Part shown: positions 41,458 to 52,896 of the stretch, piece by piece | Layout: each line of letters opens with the position of its first letter | Numbering within the stretch: the stretch's first letter is position 1 | NCBI GenBank assembly: GCA_965657135.1 | Contig: CBFHNF010000003.1 | Coordinates: forward strand, 6,836-70,835 | Direction: 5' to 3' | DNA length: 64,000 nt | Source of the DNA: an uncultured Rhodobacteraceae bacterium | GTDB lineage: Bacteria; Pseudomonadota; Alphaproteobacteria; Rhodobacterales; Rhodobacteraceae | Program-made: the position numbers and the translations under genes | The notes under the pieces: model-generated | What the model was told of the DNA's origin: nothing | The model's input: only the letters and a program-made list of their open reading frames with translations | The model's database searches: none

Positions 41458-42473
41458 GCGGCCTCCGTGGTGATTTTAGCAAGTGTTTGAATGGTTCCTA
41501 AGGCGCGTCCACTGTCGATGCTATCACGTGCCAGTTCAACGCCAGATCTCAGGTCTGCTGCCTTGTCAGCCACAACCAGAGCAGCCGCAGCGTTGAATAA
41601 AACTGCATCGCGATAGGCAGATAGTTCACCTGCCATCAAGGCGCGCAGTGCATCTGCATTTTCAGCAGGCGAACCGCCCATTATTGCGCTAAGTGGATGA
41701 ACGGGCAGGCCTGCGTCTTCGGGGTGGATTTGACGTCCTGTGATTTTGCCGTTTTCTAAAATGGCGACTTCTGTTGTCCCTGTAATCGTGATCTCATCAG
41801 TTCCATCAGAACCGTGCACCAACCATGCCTTTTCTGAACCCAGTTCCATTAATGTTTCAGCCATTGGGAAAATCAAATCAGGCGCAAATGCCCCTGTCAG
41901 TTGACGTTTTACACCAGCTGGATTGGTTAATGGACCCAATATATTAAAGATCGTTTTGCATCCTAATTCTTGACGCACTGGCATAACGTATTTCACGGCA
42001 GGATGGTGCATAGGTGCCATCATAAATCCGATGCCTGCCTCAGATATAGCGCGCTCGACAATGTCGGCCCCGACCATAACATTCACGCCCATTTCGCCCA
42101 ATGCATCTGCAGCACCTGATTTGGAGCTTAGGTTTCTGTTTCCATGTTTGGCCACAGGAACACCCGCACCAGCGACAACAAAGGCGGTTGCAGTGGAAAT
42201 GTTCAATGTTCCGATCCCATCGCCGCCAGTTCCCACAATATCCATCGCACCAGCCGGCGCTTGAACGGGAACACATTTTGAACGCATCACCGCAGCAGCG
42301 GCGGAATACTCGGCAACGGATTCGCCGCGGGCACGCATCGCCATAAGCAAACCACCCATTTGGGCCATCGTAGCATCACCATTAAACAACAGCTCAAAGG
42401 CCTGTTCCGCTTGGGTTCTGCTAAGAGGGCCCTCGGAAGCTGCGTAAATTAAGGGTTTCATCACATCGCTCAT
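41454..42473 (-). CDS. trpD: anthranilate phosphoribosyltransferase
   Basis: [41 protein letters not shown]. Confidence 0.96.
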   Translation of the reverse strand: MSDVMKPLIYAASEGPLSRTQAEQAFELLFNGDATMAQMGGLLMAMRARGESVAEYSAAAAVMRSKCVPVQAPAGAMDIVGTGGDGIGTLNISTATAFVVAGAGVPVAKHGNRNLSSKSGAADALGEMGVNVMVGADIVERAISEAGIGFMMAPMHHPAVKYVMPVRQELGCKTIFNILGPLTNPAGVKRQLTGAFAPDLIFPMAETLMELGSEKAWLVHGSDGTDEITITGTTEVAILENGKITGRQIHPEDAGLPVHPLSAIMGGSPAENADALRALMAGELSAYRDAVLFNAAAALVVADKAADLRSGVELARDSIDSGRALGTIQTLAKITTEAA

Positions 42474-43051
42474 GCCGGCACCTTCATCATATTTACAAAG
42501 TTCTGCAAGAGCGTGTGTCCATGTTCTGATGCGATGGATTCAGGATGAAACTGCACCCCTTGGATCGGCAACTCTTTGTGTTCAAGTCCCATGATTGTTC
42601 CATCCTCTAACCATGCTGTAACGTTCAAGCAATCAGGCAGGCTTTCACGCTCGACTACAAGGGAATGATAGCGCGTCGCCTCAAACGGAGTTGCCAGTCC
42701 TTTGAACAGACCCTTGTCGTTGTGATGCATCGTTCCCATTTTTCCATGTACGATTTCATGACATCGCACAACCTTGCCACCAAACGCTTGACCAATTGTT
42801 TGATGCCCCAAACACACCCCCATCAATGGTGTTTTTGTTTCCGCGGCAGCCTGTGTTAATGCCAAACAAATACCCGCTTGATCTGGATCACATGGGCCTG
42901 GCGATAACAGAATACCAGATGGTTTCATGGCCATGGCCTCTCGGACATCGATCGCGTCATTTCTTCGGACGATAATCTCTGTTCCCAATTCACCTAGATA
43001 ATGAACCAGGTTGTATGTAAAGCTGTCATAGTTATCGATAAGAAGCAACAT
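42470..43051 (-). CDS. trpG: anthranilate synthase component II (glutamine amidotransferase)
   Basis: [34 protein letters not shown]. Confidence 0.95.
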   Translation of the reverse strand: MLLLIDNYDSFTYNLVHYLGELGTEIIVRRNDAIDVREAMAMKPSGILLSPGPCDPDQAGICLALTQAAAETKTPLMGVCLGHQTIGQAFGGKVVRCHEIVHGKMGTMHHNDKGLFKGLATPFEATRYHSLVVERESLPDCLNVTAWLEDGTIMGLEHKELPIQGVQFHPESIASEHGHTLLQNFVNMMKVPA

Positions 43052-43192
43052 TTGAACTTTTTCCTAAACTTCGCATTCTGGGCTGGCCCATATCGCATGG
43101 ATCGCGTTATACATGTTCAGGGATCGGCCCTATCGTCAAGAGGTGATGGGGGCGAAAGTGCGGTGAAATAATACATCCATGGAGCGAACGAC

Positions 43193-44527
43193 GTGGGACT
43201 GGGTTTTATAGGTGGGTTTATACGCGGACTGATTGTCGGTGGTTTGGTCTTGGCGTGTGTTACTGTGTATTTGGGTTCACACACAGCAGCAACTCCTGAG
43301 TGGACAGAGGTTGGAGTTCCTGCTGGGTTTGAACTCAACCTTAAACGTGGAGATGTTGCAGTTAAGCGGCCAAAGCTAATTGAACAAATCAAAACAGCCC
43401 CAAAACCGGAGGTTATGCAACCAAATGTCGAAATCTTGCTGCGTGAAGCAGATGAATTGACGGACGCGCCGTTGGTTCCAGAAACGGGTTTAGTATATCC
43501 CTCAGCACCGAGAACACCTGAGGTTGGGCTGTCCGCGCCGAATGCGCCCGATAGTCCAAGCCTACTAAAAGTTATAAGTGCATTGCCTGCTAAACCACAA
43601 ACCGAAAGTCAAAGCGCAACGCAATCACAATCCAAAATAGAACAGGTTAATGCGCAAACCCAATTGTCGCCAAGTATTGGCTCGCGGCAAATTATTGTTT
43701 CGGTTGATCCTGCCGCACCTGAACTACGACGAGGGCAAAAATCGATTCCTGAAGAGGAAACTGCAAAACCGGAGGCCCCTTTAGATCAGACCTCGAACGC
43801 ACAATTTGGCGATTTGGGTGTCATGGAAATAGAAACAGCTGCTCCTTTTGGTAATGCAATAGAGCTATATGCAAGTGAAACCGTATATGATGAGGGTAAG
43901 CCCAAACTGTCGATTGTGTTGTCGACGGAATCCTTAAATTCTATCGATCCAAATTTGGTTGAGGCTTTGCCAATTCCCGTAACTTTTGCAGTTGATCCGA
44001 CCAATCCATCTGCTGGCGCTCTGCTATCCTCCCTCAGAGAATTGCAGCAAGAGGCCGTAATTCTTGCTGATTTGCCGCTAGAGGCTAGTGAGCAAGACGT
44101 TGATATAGCTCTAACTGCGTTGGTGAATTTCTTGCCCCAAACCATAGGAGTTATTGAACGTCAGGCTGGAGCATTGCAAAAAAGCCGCGATGCATCCCAG
44201 TACATCCCCGAGGTTTTAAATCGCACGGGACATGGTTTGATCGTTTATGAAAAGGGTCTGAATACTCTTGCCAAAGAGGCGAACAAGTTAGGCACACCCG
44301 TTGCAATGATATATCGAGATATAGATGGCAATGACCAAAATGAGCGCACGATCCGCCGTTTCATGGACAGTGCAGCATTTCGCGCAGCAAATGACACCTC
44401 AGAACCGATTGTCGTATTGGCGCGATTGCGTCCTGCCACCATGAGCGCAATTTTGATTTGGGCCCTTCAGGACCGCGCACAAAAAACCGCGTTGGTTCCT
44501 GTGTCGCAGTTGATGAAACGTGAATAA
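43193..44527 (+). CDS. divergent polysaccharide deacetylase family protein (N-terminal membrane anchor, Pro/Ser-rich linker)
   Basis: N-terminal TM helix; C-terminal LPIPVTFAVDP...RRFMDSAAFRA...ALVPVS; sits between trpG and trpE as in roseobacters. Confidence 0.75.
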   Translation: MGLGFIGGFIRGLIVGGLVLACVTVYLGSHTAATPEWTEVGVPAGFELNLKRGDVAVKRPKLIEQIKTAPKPEVMQPNVEILLREADELTDAPLVPETGLVYPSAPRTPEVGLSAPNAPDSPSLLKVISALPAKPQTESQSATQSQSKIEQVNAQTQLSPSIGSRQIIVSVDPAAPELRRGQKSIPEEETAKPEAPLDQTSNAQFGDLGVMEIETAAPFGNAIELYASETVYDEGKPKLSIVLSTESLNSIDPNLVEALPIPVTFAVDPTNPSAGALLSSLRELQQEAVILADLPLEASEQDVDIALTALVNFLPQTIGVIERQAGALQKSRDASQYIPEVLNRTGHGLIVYEKGLNTLAKEANKLGTPVAMIYRDIDGNDQNERTIRRFMDSAAFRAANDTSEPIVVLARLRPATMSAILIWALQDRAQKTALVPVSQLMKRE

Positions 44528-44572
44528 TAGTTTAAGCCCATCAGATCAAAACCAATGACGTATGTGCCGCGT

Positions 44573-46084
44573 TTAGTTGTTGCCTGAGTTTTTGACAAAC
44601 ATTGCCGCATCGGCTGCAGCGCGGCGGATTGCGTTGGATTTGTGCACAGTTTCCATATATTCGGCCTCTGGATCGCTGTCATAGACAACGCCGCCACCTG
44701 CCTGGATATACAGTTTTTGATCTTTCACAATTGCCGTGCGCAGTGCGATACACATATCCATATCGCCACCGGCGCTGAAATAGCCAAGACCGCCGCCATA
44801 AACCCCGCGTTTTTCGGGCTCTAACTCATCAATTATTTCCATCGCGCGAACTTTTGGAGCGCCCGAAACAGTGCCGGCCGGCATGCCCGCAAAAAACGCC
44901 GATAGCGCGTCATGCGTAGGATCCAATTCACCAACCACATTTGACACGATGTGCATGACGTGGCTGTAGCGTTCGACAATGAACTCTTCTGTTGGGCGCA
45001 CTGTGCCGATCTTTGCGACACGACCCACATCGTTGCGTCCCAAATCCAACAGCATCAAGTGTTCTGCCAATTCTTTTGTATCGGCCATAAGGTCCTGTTC
45101 GAATTCTAGATCCTCTTGGGGTGTTTTTCCACGCGGTCGGGTCCCAGCGATTGGGCGAATGGTAACTTCGTTCCCAAAGACGCGGACTAGGATTTCGGGG
45201 CTCGCCCCGATGACCTGAAAATCGCCGAAGTTAAAAAAGAACATGAACGGTGATGGGTTGGTGCGTCGCAAACTGCGATAGAGCGCAAAAGGTGGCAGGG
45301 GGAAATCCTGCGTCCAACGTTGTGCTGGAACAACCTGAAATATATCACCAGCGCGAATATAATCTTTGGCCTTTTCCACGGCCTGCATATAACCCGCTTT
45401 GGTGAAATTTGATTGTGGTGGGGCAACTTCATCGGCTTGGCCCAAATCGCGTGCTTCGCTGACTGGGCGCTCTAGGTCGCGCATCGCATCACTGATGCGT
45501 TCTGCAGCCTGAGCATATGCCGCACGAGCCGAAACATCTTGAGAGTGCCATACTGGGGATACCAAAATTACCTCGCCCTTTGCGCCATCCAAAACTGCAA
45601 CAACTGAGGGACGTAAAAATAACGCATCTGGAACACCAATTGGATCAGGGTTCACGTTGGGTAAATGCTCGATATGTCGAACCATATCATAGCCTAGATA
45701 CCCAAATAAACCCGCCGCAGATTGTGGTAATTCAGAGGGAAGATCAATGTGGCTTTCTGCCAATAGTGCGCGAAATGCATCCAATGGCTTTTCATCCATT
45801 TCTACAAATGCTTCGTCATCATAACGCGCTGTTCGGTTAATGAACGATGCGCTGCTACGACATTTCCATATCAAGTCAGGTTTTATTCCAACAATAGAAT
45901 AGCGACCCCGCACTTCGCCACCCGTGACCGATTCCAACATAAAGCTGTCTTTTTGAGCACCGCCAAGTTTCAGCATTAATGAAACGGGTGTGTCTAAATC
46001 TGCGGCCAACCGCGTATAGATCACCTGATTTTTTCCATCCGCGTATGTTTCGGCGAATGCGTCAAACTCTGGGGTAATTGCCAT
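44573..46084 (-). CDS. trpE: anthranilate synthase component I
   Basis: LESVTGGEVRGRYS, GDIFQVV, NPSPF, RPIAGT, EHLMLLDLGRND, PAGTVSGAPK. Confidence 0.96.
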   Translation of the reverse strand: MAITPEFDAFAETYADGKNQVIYTRLAADLDTPVSLMLKLGGAQKDSFMLESVTGGEVRGRYSIVGIKPDLIWKCRSSASFINRTARYDDEAFVEMDEKPLDAFRALLAESHIDLPSELPQSAAGLFGYLGYDMVRHIEHLPNVNPDPIGVPDALFLRPSVVAVLDGAKGEVILVSPVWHSQDVSARAAYAQAAERISDAMRDLERPVSEARDLGQADEVAPPQSNFTKAGYMQAVEKAKDYIRAGDIFQVVPAQRWTQDFPLPPFALYRSLRRTNPSPFMFFFNFGDFQVIGASPEILVRVFGNEVTIRPIAGTRPRGKTPQEDLEFEQDLMADTKELAEHLMLLDLGRNDVGRVAKIGTVRPTEEFIVERYSHVMHIVSNVVGELDPTHDALSAFFAGMPAGTVSGAPKVRAMEIIDELEPEKRGVYGGGLGYFSAGGDMDMCIALRTAIVKDQKLYIQAGGGVVYDSDPEAEYMETVHKSNAIRRAAADAAMFVKNSGNN

Positions 46085-46092
46085 GATCGATC

Positions 46093-47922
46093 CTATTGGA
46101 AATTCGCGTGAACAGCGTTTAATGCCTGTTGATCCAATGAAATTCCTGCGCGTGCCTGAATTTGACGGGCAAATGCGGCGTACATGTCATTTGAAAGTGT
46201 TGCATCAAACTGCGAAGTCAGCGCAGCACGAATAGTCTCGGCGTCCTCACTTGTCACATCCCCATTGTTAATTGCACTTAGTGTGACAATGACGACTTCT
46301 GCACCGTCTGTGATCGCTTCGGACTGGCCGATTTCCAATTCGAACGCTTTGGCAAGAATGGCTGGTGTGGCACTGCTGCCAAATTCATCGCGGCGCAGAG
46401 ACGTTAGCATTTCTTTGGGCAAATCAACGGCAGCTGCCCCAGATGCAATGTCGTTTCCAAGGGCTGACAAAGCTTCAGCGGTTTCATCCTTGCGCCAATC
46501 TGTCAGAACTTGTTCGCGTGCCTCAGAAAACGGGATTGGGGCAGGGGCGATCACCTGATTAAGGCGAAGGGCAAAAAGTCCACCATCTTCCAGCATAATT
46601 AAAGATGGGAAATCACGCTCTGTGACCGCTTCTGCAGCATCGCGGAAACTTGGGTAAGCAGTGATGTCGTCTAATGCATTCGAATGATAGTTGATTTGTC
46701 CCAATTTCAGGCCAAAATCTGCCTCAAGCTCTTCTAACGTAGCACCTGCTGCAAGCGTATCATCGATCTGCGCAATCATGGCATCGATTTGCCGACGTGC
46801 AAGATCAAGCGCCAACTCATCCTCAAGCTCTGTGCGTGCATCCTCAAGTGTGACGATCTGAGAATCTAAAATTCCGTTCACACGAAATAATGCCGGGCCT
46901 AAATCACTCTCGAAAGGTCCCACGACTTGCCCAACATCAGCATTAAAAACGGCCTCTGCTGCAGCATCCAGTGCGTCATGATCGACATCGCCCAAATCGA
47001 CATCATCCAATGTCAAACCGCGATCGGTGACCAGTTTGTCAAATGATTGTGCGCCCGATGTGATTTGCGATAATGCATCACTTGCACTCGCATCGTCGAT
47101 AAACACGAGCCGTTCAACCAAACGACGCTCTGGTCGTTGATATCGATCAATTCGAGCGTCGTATTCAGCCTGAATCGCAGATGACTCCACCTGAATGTCA
47201 TCCATCAACATATCAGGGCTTAAGACAGCATATGTGATGTCTTTGCGCTCAGGTTGGGTATAACGCGCTATATTATCGGTGTAATAAGTGTTTAAACTAT
47301 TTTCTGCTGGGTCTGAAATTGGCGTTGTCAGGTTTTGTTCGCTTAAACGCGTAATAGAGAAATCACGTGTTTCCATCAAAAACGCCAAAACGGTTTCGGT
47401 CGCGATCGGGTCCATCGCGTTGCCTGCTAAAACCGCACCTTGCAAAAGCGTGCGCGCACTTTCAGCACGAATGGATTCCTCAAATTCTGCCTCTGTGTAC
47501 CCTGCGCTCTCTAAGGAAAGTTGATAATTTTGACGATCAAATTGGCCATCTAGCCCACGAAATGCGTTTATTTCGATAATTTGGTCACGTACCGCATTAT
47601 CACCAACGGAAACTGAAATTTCGCGAGCCTCATTTTCAAGGGCTTTTTCTTGTACCAAACGGGATAAGACACGATCGGGGATCCCAAAGGCTTGTGCTTC
47701 GCTAAAGGATAAGGCCTGGCCAAACTGCGCCTCAGCGGCACGTAATTCATTTTGCAGACCACGAGCGTAGTCGTTGACTGGAATCTCGGTTTCCCCTACG
47801 GCCCCAACTGAGCGGATAGAGCCATTAAAGCTAACAGCGCCAAATCCCAACAAGCCCACCATCACAAAGCCCATCATGATCCAAGTTAGGATTTTAGGTA
47901 GAGAGGTCTTTTTATCCGACAT
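46093..47922 (-). CDS. PpiD/SurA-like periplasmic chaperone-PPIase
   Basis: N-terminal TM helix, SurA-like domain (FRGLDGQFD), parvulin-like GQVVGPFESDLG; start at MSDKKT. Confidence 0.85.
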   Translation of the reverse strand: MSDKKTSLPKILTWIMMGFVMVGLLGFGAVSFNGSIRSVGAVGETEIPVNDYARGLQNELRAAEAQFGQALSFSEAQAFGIPDRVLSRLVQEKALENEAREISVSVGDNAVRDQIIEINAFRGLDGQFDRQNYQLSLESAGYTEAEFEESIRAESARTLLQGAVLAGNAMDPIATETVLAFLMETRDFSITRLSEQNLTTPISDPAENSLNTYYTDNIARYTQPERKDITYAVLSPDMLMDDIQVESSAIQAEYDARIDRYQRPERRLVERLVFIDDASASDALSQITSGAQSFDKLVTDRGLTLDDVDLGDVDHDALDAAAEAVFNADVGQVVGPFESDLGPALFRVNGILDSQIVTLEDARTELEDELALDLARRQIDAMIAQIDDTLAAGATLEELEADFGLKLGQINYHSNALDDITAYPSFRDAAEAVTERDFPSLIMLEDGGLFALRLNQVIAPAPIPFSEAREQVLTDWRKDETAEALSALGNDIASGAAAVDLPKEMLTSLRRDEFGSSATPAILAKAFELEIGQSEAITDGAEVVIVTLSAINNGDVTSEDAETIRAALTSQFDATLSNDMYAAFARQIQARAGISLDQQALNAVHANFQ

Positions 47923-47968
47923 TTGGTCCCCCGTTCGACGATACGCGCAAAAAAGTGTTTGCGTATTC

Positions 47969-49171
47969 TTAAGCAGGGTTTTCAGCAGGGGCAAGGCGAA
48001 TGCTGATTTCAATCAAACGATCTATCAAAGTTTCGATGGTTTCTGCATCAATATTTGCAAATGCAACACGCAAATGGTTCTTGCCAAACCGTTTTTCGTC
48101 CGGAGTGAAAAACGCACCTGGCAGGGTTAGAACATGTGCGTCTTTTAATATTGCCTTAGCCGCTTCTTCTGATCCCATGTCGAACGAATGTGCCACGTAT
48201 GCGAAATACGCACCGCTGCCCAACAACGACCAGCCATAGGGAACAAGGCGTGCAAATGCCTTTCGAAACAGTGAAAGCTTTTGAATGGTGTTTTGACGTT
48301 CCTCTTCGACCCAAGCATCCAAATGTGTTAATCCCCAATGGGCGGCAAATTGGCCCGTTTGAGCGGGGCAAATCGTGACAGTGTCCAAAAATTTTTCAAC
48401 TTCGGATATTTTTTGGGGTGCAGCAATTACAGCACCAACACGGTGGCCAGTTAATCGATATGCTTTCGAAAACGAATACAAAACGATCAAGTGATCCTTG
48501 GCTGCAGGGTGATCCCACAGTGAATGCACCGCATCTGTGGTGCGAAAATCCAAATAGGTTTCGTCGATTATCAAGTTCAGATTATACTGTTTCGCCAACG
48601 ATAGAAAATCATTCAACACATGATCAGGATATTCAACACCTGCGGGATTGTTTGGTGTGACCAAACACAAAGCGCGCGTGTTTTCATTAATCAGATCACG
48701 CGCGGCCTGTGCATCTGGGATCAAGGTATCATCACAATAAAGCGCGCGCGTATTCACATTGGAGAGCGTCAACCACATGTCATGATTAAAGTACCACGGC
48801 GCAGTTAGAATGACTTCATCGCCCGAGGTGCATAATCCCGCAATCACCGCGCAAAACGCCTGATTACAGCCTGACGTTATTGCAACGTTTTCTGCCGAAA
48901 AATCGATACCGTAAACCCGTGACCATTTATTTGAAAGCGCCTGGCGCAGGTCCATATTGCCCAGTATCGGCCCGTATAAATGCGCATCTCCATCCCCCAA
49001 AACGTGTTCTGACATGGCCTGTCGCATCGCAAGAGGGGGAGGAGCGGTTGGGGCCGCTTGGCTGACATCAATCAACGGTTTTTTGTCGGTGATAGTAATA
49101 TCACTTAACCATGCTCTCGCCGCTTTTATCGGCGGAGCAATCAAATGTGTCGTGCGCCCCAAATGCGGCAA
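47969..49171 (-). CDS. class I/II PLP aminotransferase
   Basis: DVSQAAP, GCNQAF, PWYFNH, TPNNPAG, IDETY, SFSKAYRLTGHRVG; true start probably TTG 49171, not 49378. Confidence 0.85.
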   Translation of the reverse strand: MPHLGRTTHLIAPPIKAARAWLSDITITDKKPLIDVSQAAPTAPPPLAMRQAMSEHVLGDGDAHLYGPILGNMDLRQALSNKWSRVYGIDFSAENVAITSGCNQAFCAVIAGLCTSGDEVILTAPWYFNHDMWLTLSNVNTRALYCDDTLIPDAQAARDLINENTRALCLVTPNNPAGVEYPDHVLNDFLSLAKQYNLNLIIDETYLDFRTTDAVHSLWDHPAAKDHLIVLYSFSKAYRLTGHRVGAVIAAPQKISEVEKFLDTVTICPAQTGQFAAHWGLTHLDAWVEEERQNTIQKLSLFRKAFARLVPYGWSLLGSGAYFAYVAHSFDMGSEEAAKAILKDAHVLTLPGAFFTPDEKRFGKNHLRVAFANIDAETIETLIDRLIEISIRLAPAENPA

Positions 49172-49175
49172 GGGA

Positions 49176-49682
49176 TCAATCTTTTCCACGATAGGGTTCA
49201 ACGTATTGTAACGCCAAATCCCAAGGGAAGAAAATCCAAGTGTCTTGGCTAACTTCGGTAATAAATGAATGCACCTGTTCACGTCCCATAGGTTTTGCAT
49301 ATACCGTCGCCACGTGGGCCTTTGGCAGAACGGAGCGCACAACGTCGAGCGTTTTTCCCGTATCAACCAAATCGTCAATGATTAATACACCTTCACCATC
49401 ACCCACTAAATCTTTGTCGGGCATCTTAATGATGCGCGGCTCGGTTTGCGTTTGATGATTGTAGGATTTTACACTGATCGTATCGACAAGGCGAATATCC
49501 AATTCGCGGGCAATAATCATCGCAGGCGCCATACCACCGCGTGTGATCGCCACAACCGCGCGCCATGCACCACCTTCATCAGGTCCCTGACCATCAAGGC
49601 GCCACGCGAGTGCGCGCGCATCACGGTGTAATTGATCCCAGCTTACATGAAATCCTTTTTCGTGAGGGAGGCGTTCTGTCAT
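49176..49682 (-). CDS. gpt: xanthine-guanine phosphoribosyltransferase
   Basis: [38 protein letters not shown]. Confidence 0.93.
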   Translation of the reverse strand: MTERLPHEKGFHVSWDQLHRDARALAWRLDGQGPDEGGAWRAVVAITRGGMAPAMIIARELDIRLVDTISVKSYNHQTQTEPRIIKMPDKDLVGDGEGVLIIDDLVDTGKTLDVVRSVLPKAHVATVYAKPMGREQVHSFITEVSQDTWIFFPWDLALQYVEPYRGKD

Positions 49683-50503
49683 GTGTCTTTCTTTCCTGTG
49701 ACAACGTCAATATCGGGAGCATCGACGGCCTTCATCCCGACCACGTGGTATCCTGAATCGACGTGTAAGTTTTCCCCCGTCACACCAGAGCTGAGATCAG
49801 AGAGCAAGTACAGCGCTGATTTACCGACATCATCAATTGTTACGGTTCGGCGTAATGGAGAATTCAGTTCATTCCATTTGAGAATGTAACGAAAATCGCC
49901 AATACCACTAGCGGCCAGTGTTTTAATTGGGCCTGCAGAAATCGCATTCACGCGAATGTTCTGTTTCCCTAAATCTTCCGCCAAATATTTAACCGATGCT
50001 TCAAGCGCAGCCTTGGCCACACCCATCACGTTGTAATGCGGCATCACTTGTTCTGCGCCGTAATAAGTCATTGTCAGCATCGAGCCGCCGTCACTCATGA
50101 GTTTTTCTGCGCGTTGCGCAACAGCAGTGAAAGAATAGACCGAGATGTCCATCGTCATTTTAAAATTGTCACGCGATGTATCAACATAGCGACCACGCAA
50201 TTCTGCCTTGTCTGAAAACCCGATGGCATGGACCACAAAATCCAATTTCCCCCAACGTTTCTCGATCTCGGTAAACACAGCATCGACGCTATCCATATCC
50301 GTCACATCGCATTCAACCAAAAAATCACTGCCGCATTGCTGCGCCAAGGGGGCAACGCGTTTTTTCAGCGCTTCCCCTTGATAAGAAAATGCCATCTCTG
50401 CACCGGCATCAGCACAGGCCTTTGCAATACCCCATGCAATGGATTTATCATTTGCCAAACCCATTATAAGCCCACGCTTACCAGACATTAGATTATTTGA
50501 CAT
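49679..50503 (-). CDS. fabI: enoyl-ACP reductase
   Basis: [33 protein letters not shown]. Confidence 0.96.
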   Translation of the reverse strand: MSNNLMSGKRGLIMGLANDKSIAWGIAKACADAGAEMAFSYQGEALKKRVAPLAQQCGSDFLVECDVTDMDSVDAVFTEIEKRWGKLDFVVHAIGFSDKAELRGRYVDTSRDNFKMTMDISVYSFTAVAQRAEKLMSDGGSMLTMTYYGAEQVMPHYNVMGVAKAALEASVKYLAEDLGKQNIRVNAISAGPIKTLAASGIGDFRYILKWNELNSPLRRTVTIDDVGKSALYLLSDLSSGVTGENLHVDSGYHVVGMKAVDAPDIDVVTGKKDT

Positions 50504-50610
50504 TGCCTCTTCTCCACCCAATATTGAATTAACTTGCGTTTAGTTGATCGCGCAACTTCCATCAAGTGGGATCAACGCAATCGCATTTAAATAACCACAC
50601 GAGGCAAGTA

Positions 50611-51216
50611 ATGAGCGAGCGAACTGGTATTTTTGAGGGTAATGATCCGTTTGATATTGCCCGTCGTTGGTTGAGCGAGGCGGAAAAAGGGGAATTGAAT
50701 GATCCTAACGCCATTGCATTATCCACTGTCGACCCAGATGGGTTGCCAAATGTAAGGATGGTATTGCTAAAGGAAATTGATCCAGACAGTTTTGTTTTTT
50801 ACACAAACTATAACAGCGTCAAATCTCAAGAAATCGAAGCCGCAGGTAAAGCTGCCTTTGTCTGGCATTCCAAAGCGCTACACCGACAAATTCGCGTGCG
50901 CGGGCTTGTTGAAAAAGAAAACGGCCCCCAGGCAGATGCCTATTATAATTCTAGGTCTTTAAAGAGCCGTTTGGGCGCGATTGCATCGAAACAATCGCAA
51001 TTCTTAAGTTCGCGAGGGGCGCTTGTTGCTGAGGTTGCCAAAGTAACGGCAATGCATGGAATCTCTCCCAAGCGACCAGAGTACTGGGGGGGGTGGCGCA
51101 TTCGACCGGTTGAGATAGAGTTTTGGGCAGATGGCGATTATCGCTTACATGATCGATTTCGATGGTCGCGCATAGATTGTATTTCAGATTGGAACGTAAA
51201 ACGTCTTTACCCATAA
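50611..51216 (+). CDS. pdxH: pyridoxamine 5'-phosphate oxidase
   Basis: RMVLLK, FYTNYNS.K, RQIRVRG, ASKQS, WGG, EFW, RLHDR. Confidence 0.95.
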   Translation: MSERTGIFEGNDPFDIARRWLSEAEKGELNDPNAIALSTVDPDGLPNVRMVLLKEIDPDSFVFYTNYNSVKSQEIEAAGKAAFVWHSKALHRQIRVRGLVEKENGPQADAYYNSRSLKSRLGAIASKQSQFLSSRGALVAEVAKVTAMHGISPKRPEYWGGWRIRPVEIEFWADGDYRLHDRFRWSRIDCISDWNVKRLYP

Positions 51217-51351
51217 CCTTTTGATATAATATCACAATTTCATGTCGCGTGAAATTAGAGTTAAAAACATCAAGTTAAAAAATATCTACTGTATTTCTTA
51301 TGTATAGTATCGCATTACTATAGTTAGGGTGATGCAATACGCGGTGGTAAC

Positions 51352-51870
51352 GTGATACAGGAAAAAGAACGCAAACTTTACGGGATAGTTAATTGGTTCG
51401 ATCCAAGTAAAGGATTTGGTTTCATCGTAGCAGATGGAACATCTGAAGATATTTTGTTACACGCAAATGTCCTTCGGAATTTTGGACAAAGCTCGGTGGC
51501 AGATAACGCAAGAATTGTATTTGTCGCATAGGGAACATCAAGTGGTGTTCAAGCGACGTCCGTCATTTCGATTGAGCCACCAACAACAGCTGCGGCAACC
51601 TTAGCTGATTTCGAAAATATTGCTGATGAAGATGTGTTTCTTTTGCCACTTGAGGCTGCTCGCGTTAAGTGGTTTGATAAGGTCAAGGGCTTTGGTTTTG
51701 CGAATATTTGGCAAAGCTCAGAGGATGTGTTCATTCATGTCGAGATATTACGCCGATCAGGACTTGCGGATTTACAAGCCGGAGAAGCGGTGGCGATACG
51801 GGTGATTGCGGGTAAACGCGGAAAAATGGCGGCTGAGGTGTGTTCGTGGGAAAGTGTATCGCGAGATTAG
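51352..51870 (+). pseudogene. tandem cold-shock-domain protein interrupted by in-frame TAG at 51529-51531
   Basis: From GTG 51352: ...GIVNWFDPSKGFGFIV...DILLHANVLRNFGQSSVADNARIVFVA*GTSSGVQA...ARVKWFDKVKGFGFAN...DVFIHVE, giving two CSDs in one frame. Confidence 0.82.
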
Positions 51871-52328
51871 GACTGCTGTGTTGCTGGCTTATGGCTGGCA
51901 CTTACAGCCTGAGTGCCTCGTCGTGCCAAGAAACAATCGTCGAAATTAAATCTGAACGCGCCCACATTCGATTGAACGTCGAAGTGGCTGATTCTGCTGA
52001 AGCTCGTGCCATGGGATTGATGCATCGTACATCTATGCCTTACAGCAGTGGCATGTGGTTTATCTATGAAACCCCACGTACAGTCGCATTTTGGATGCGA
52101 AATACATTGATTCCATTGGATATGATTTTTGTGGACCAACACGGTTTGGTTCAAGAGGTCCATATGAATGCGCGCCCATTGGATGAAACACCCATTCCGG
52201 GCGGGGATAACATTCAATATGTTCTTGAAGTAAACGCAGGGTTGTCAGAACGCTATGGAATCACAAAGGGGGCATTCATTCGCCACCCTTCGATAAACAG
52301 CGATCCTGTCTGGCCCTGCAAAAAATAA
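51846..52328 (+). CDS. DUF192 family exported protein
   Basis: VEVAD...RAMGLMHR, GMWF, FWMRNTLIPLDMIF, VLEVNAG; signal peptide. Confidence 0.9.
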   Translation: MGKCIARLGLLCCWLMAGTYSLSASSCQETIVEIKSERAHIRLNVEVADSAEARAMGLMHRTSMPYSSGMWFIYETPRTVAFWMRNTLIPLDMIFVDQHGLVQEVHMNARPLDETPIPGGDNIQYVLEVNAGLSERYGITKGAFIRHPSINSDPVWPCKK

Positions 52329-52390
52329 TTTAAAAAAACGTCATATTGCTCTTTTCAAATCCGCGGTCATTCGCTAGACACCGCGTCAGT

Positions 52391-52467
52391 CGGGGCGTAG
52401 CGCAGCCTGGTAGCGCACCTGTTTTGGGTACAGGGGGTCGCAAGTTCGAATCTTGCCGTCCCGACCA
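52391..52467 (+). tRNA. tRNA-Pro (anticodon TGG)
   Basis: CGGGGCG acceptor stem, D-loop AGCCTGGTAGC, anticodon arm CCTGT-TTTGGGT-ACAGG, GTTCGAATC T-loop, encoded CCA. Confidence 0.97.
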
Positions 52468-52880
52468 TCAATCGAAAAAACGAAATTACAAATCTGCATC
52501 GATTGCTGATTGAGTTAACGTGCTGCTATTTTTGGTATTTTTAATGGTATAATTTTTCACCTATCCAGATTTTCACATCGCAATACCACATGTAGATAAA
52601 AATTATTTTTGAGCGCCACATGGTGTGTAAACGATGGGAGTGAATCACTCTCAAGTGAAATTTACATTCATGCACTGCATCGACCATTTTGCATAAGCTC
52701 CTTAAAAACATGGTTTTCTTAAAAAAGTTAAAAAATATTAACGAAATAAGAGTTTTAAAATCGTCCAAAACTGAGACCTATTCAAAAGTATGGTCAACAC
52801 ATAAATCACAATTATCCGTAAAAAAAGTCATTGACGCGGTTGCTAAAGATACGTCACTTTGTGTGTGCTGGCGAGGCGAC

Positions 52881-52896
52881 ACACAACATGTTGTGG
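52881..52896. promoter_or_regulatory. NrdR box upstream of nrdJ
   Basis: ACACAACATGTTGTGG (perfect 14-bp palindrome CACAACATGTTGTG) matches the NrdR consensus acaCwAtATaTwGtgt. Confidence 0.75.

Noticed and set aside
49172-49378. Long overlap of the aminotransferase ORF with gpt
   Set aside because: Artefact of an upstream in-frame start; aminotransferase-like sequence begins only after the gpt stop.
29529-51531. Stop-codon reassignment or amber readthrough as the explanation for the in-frame TAGs (holin, cold-shock gene)
   Set aside because: TAG is used as a normal terminator in this window (dddQ, rdhA, ior), the comEC break is TAA, the implied residues differ (Glu versus Gln), and no suppressor tRNA or pyl genes are present.
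52391-52860. Genomic island integrated at tRNA-Pro
   Set aside because: The downstream DNA is AT-rich, but there is no integrase and I saw no duplicated tRNA 3' end; nrdJ follows directly.
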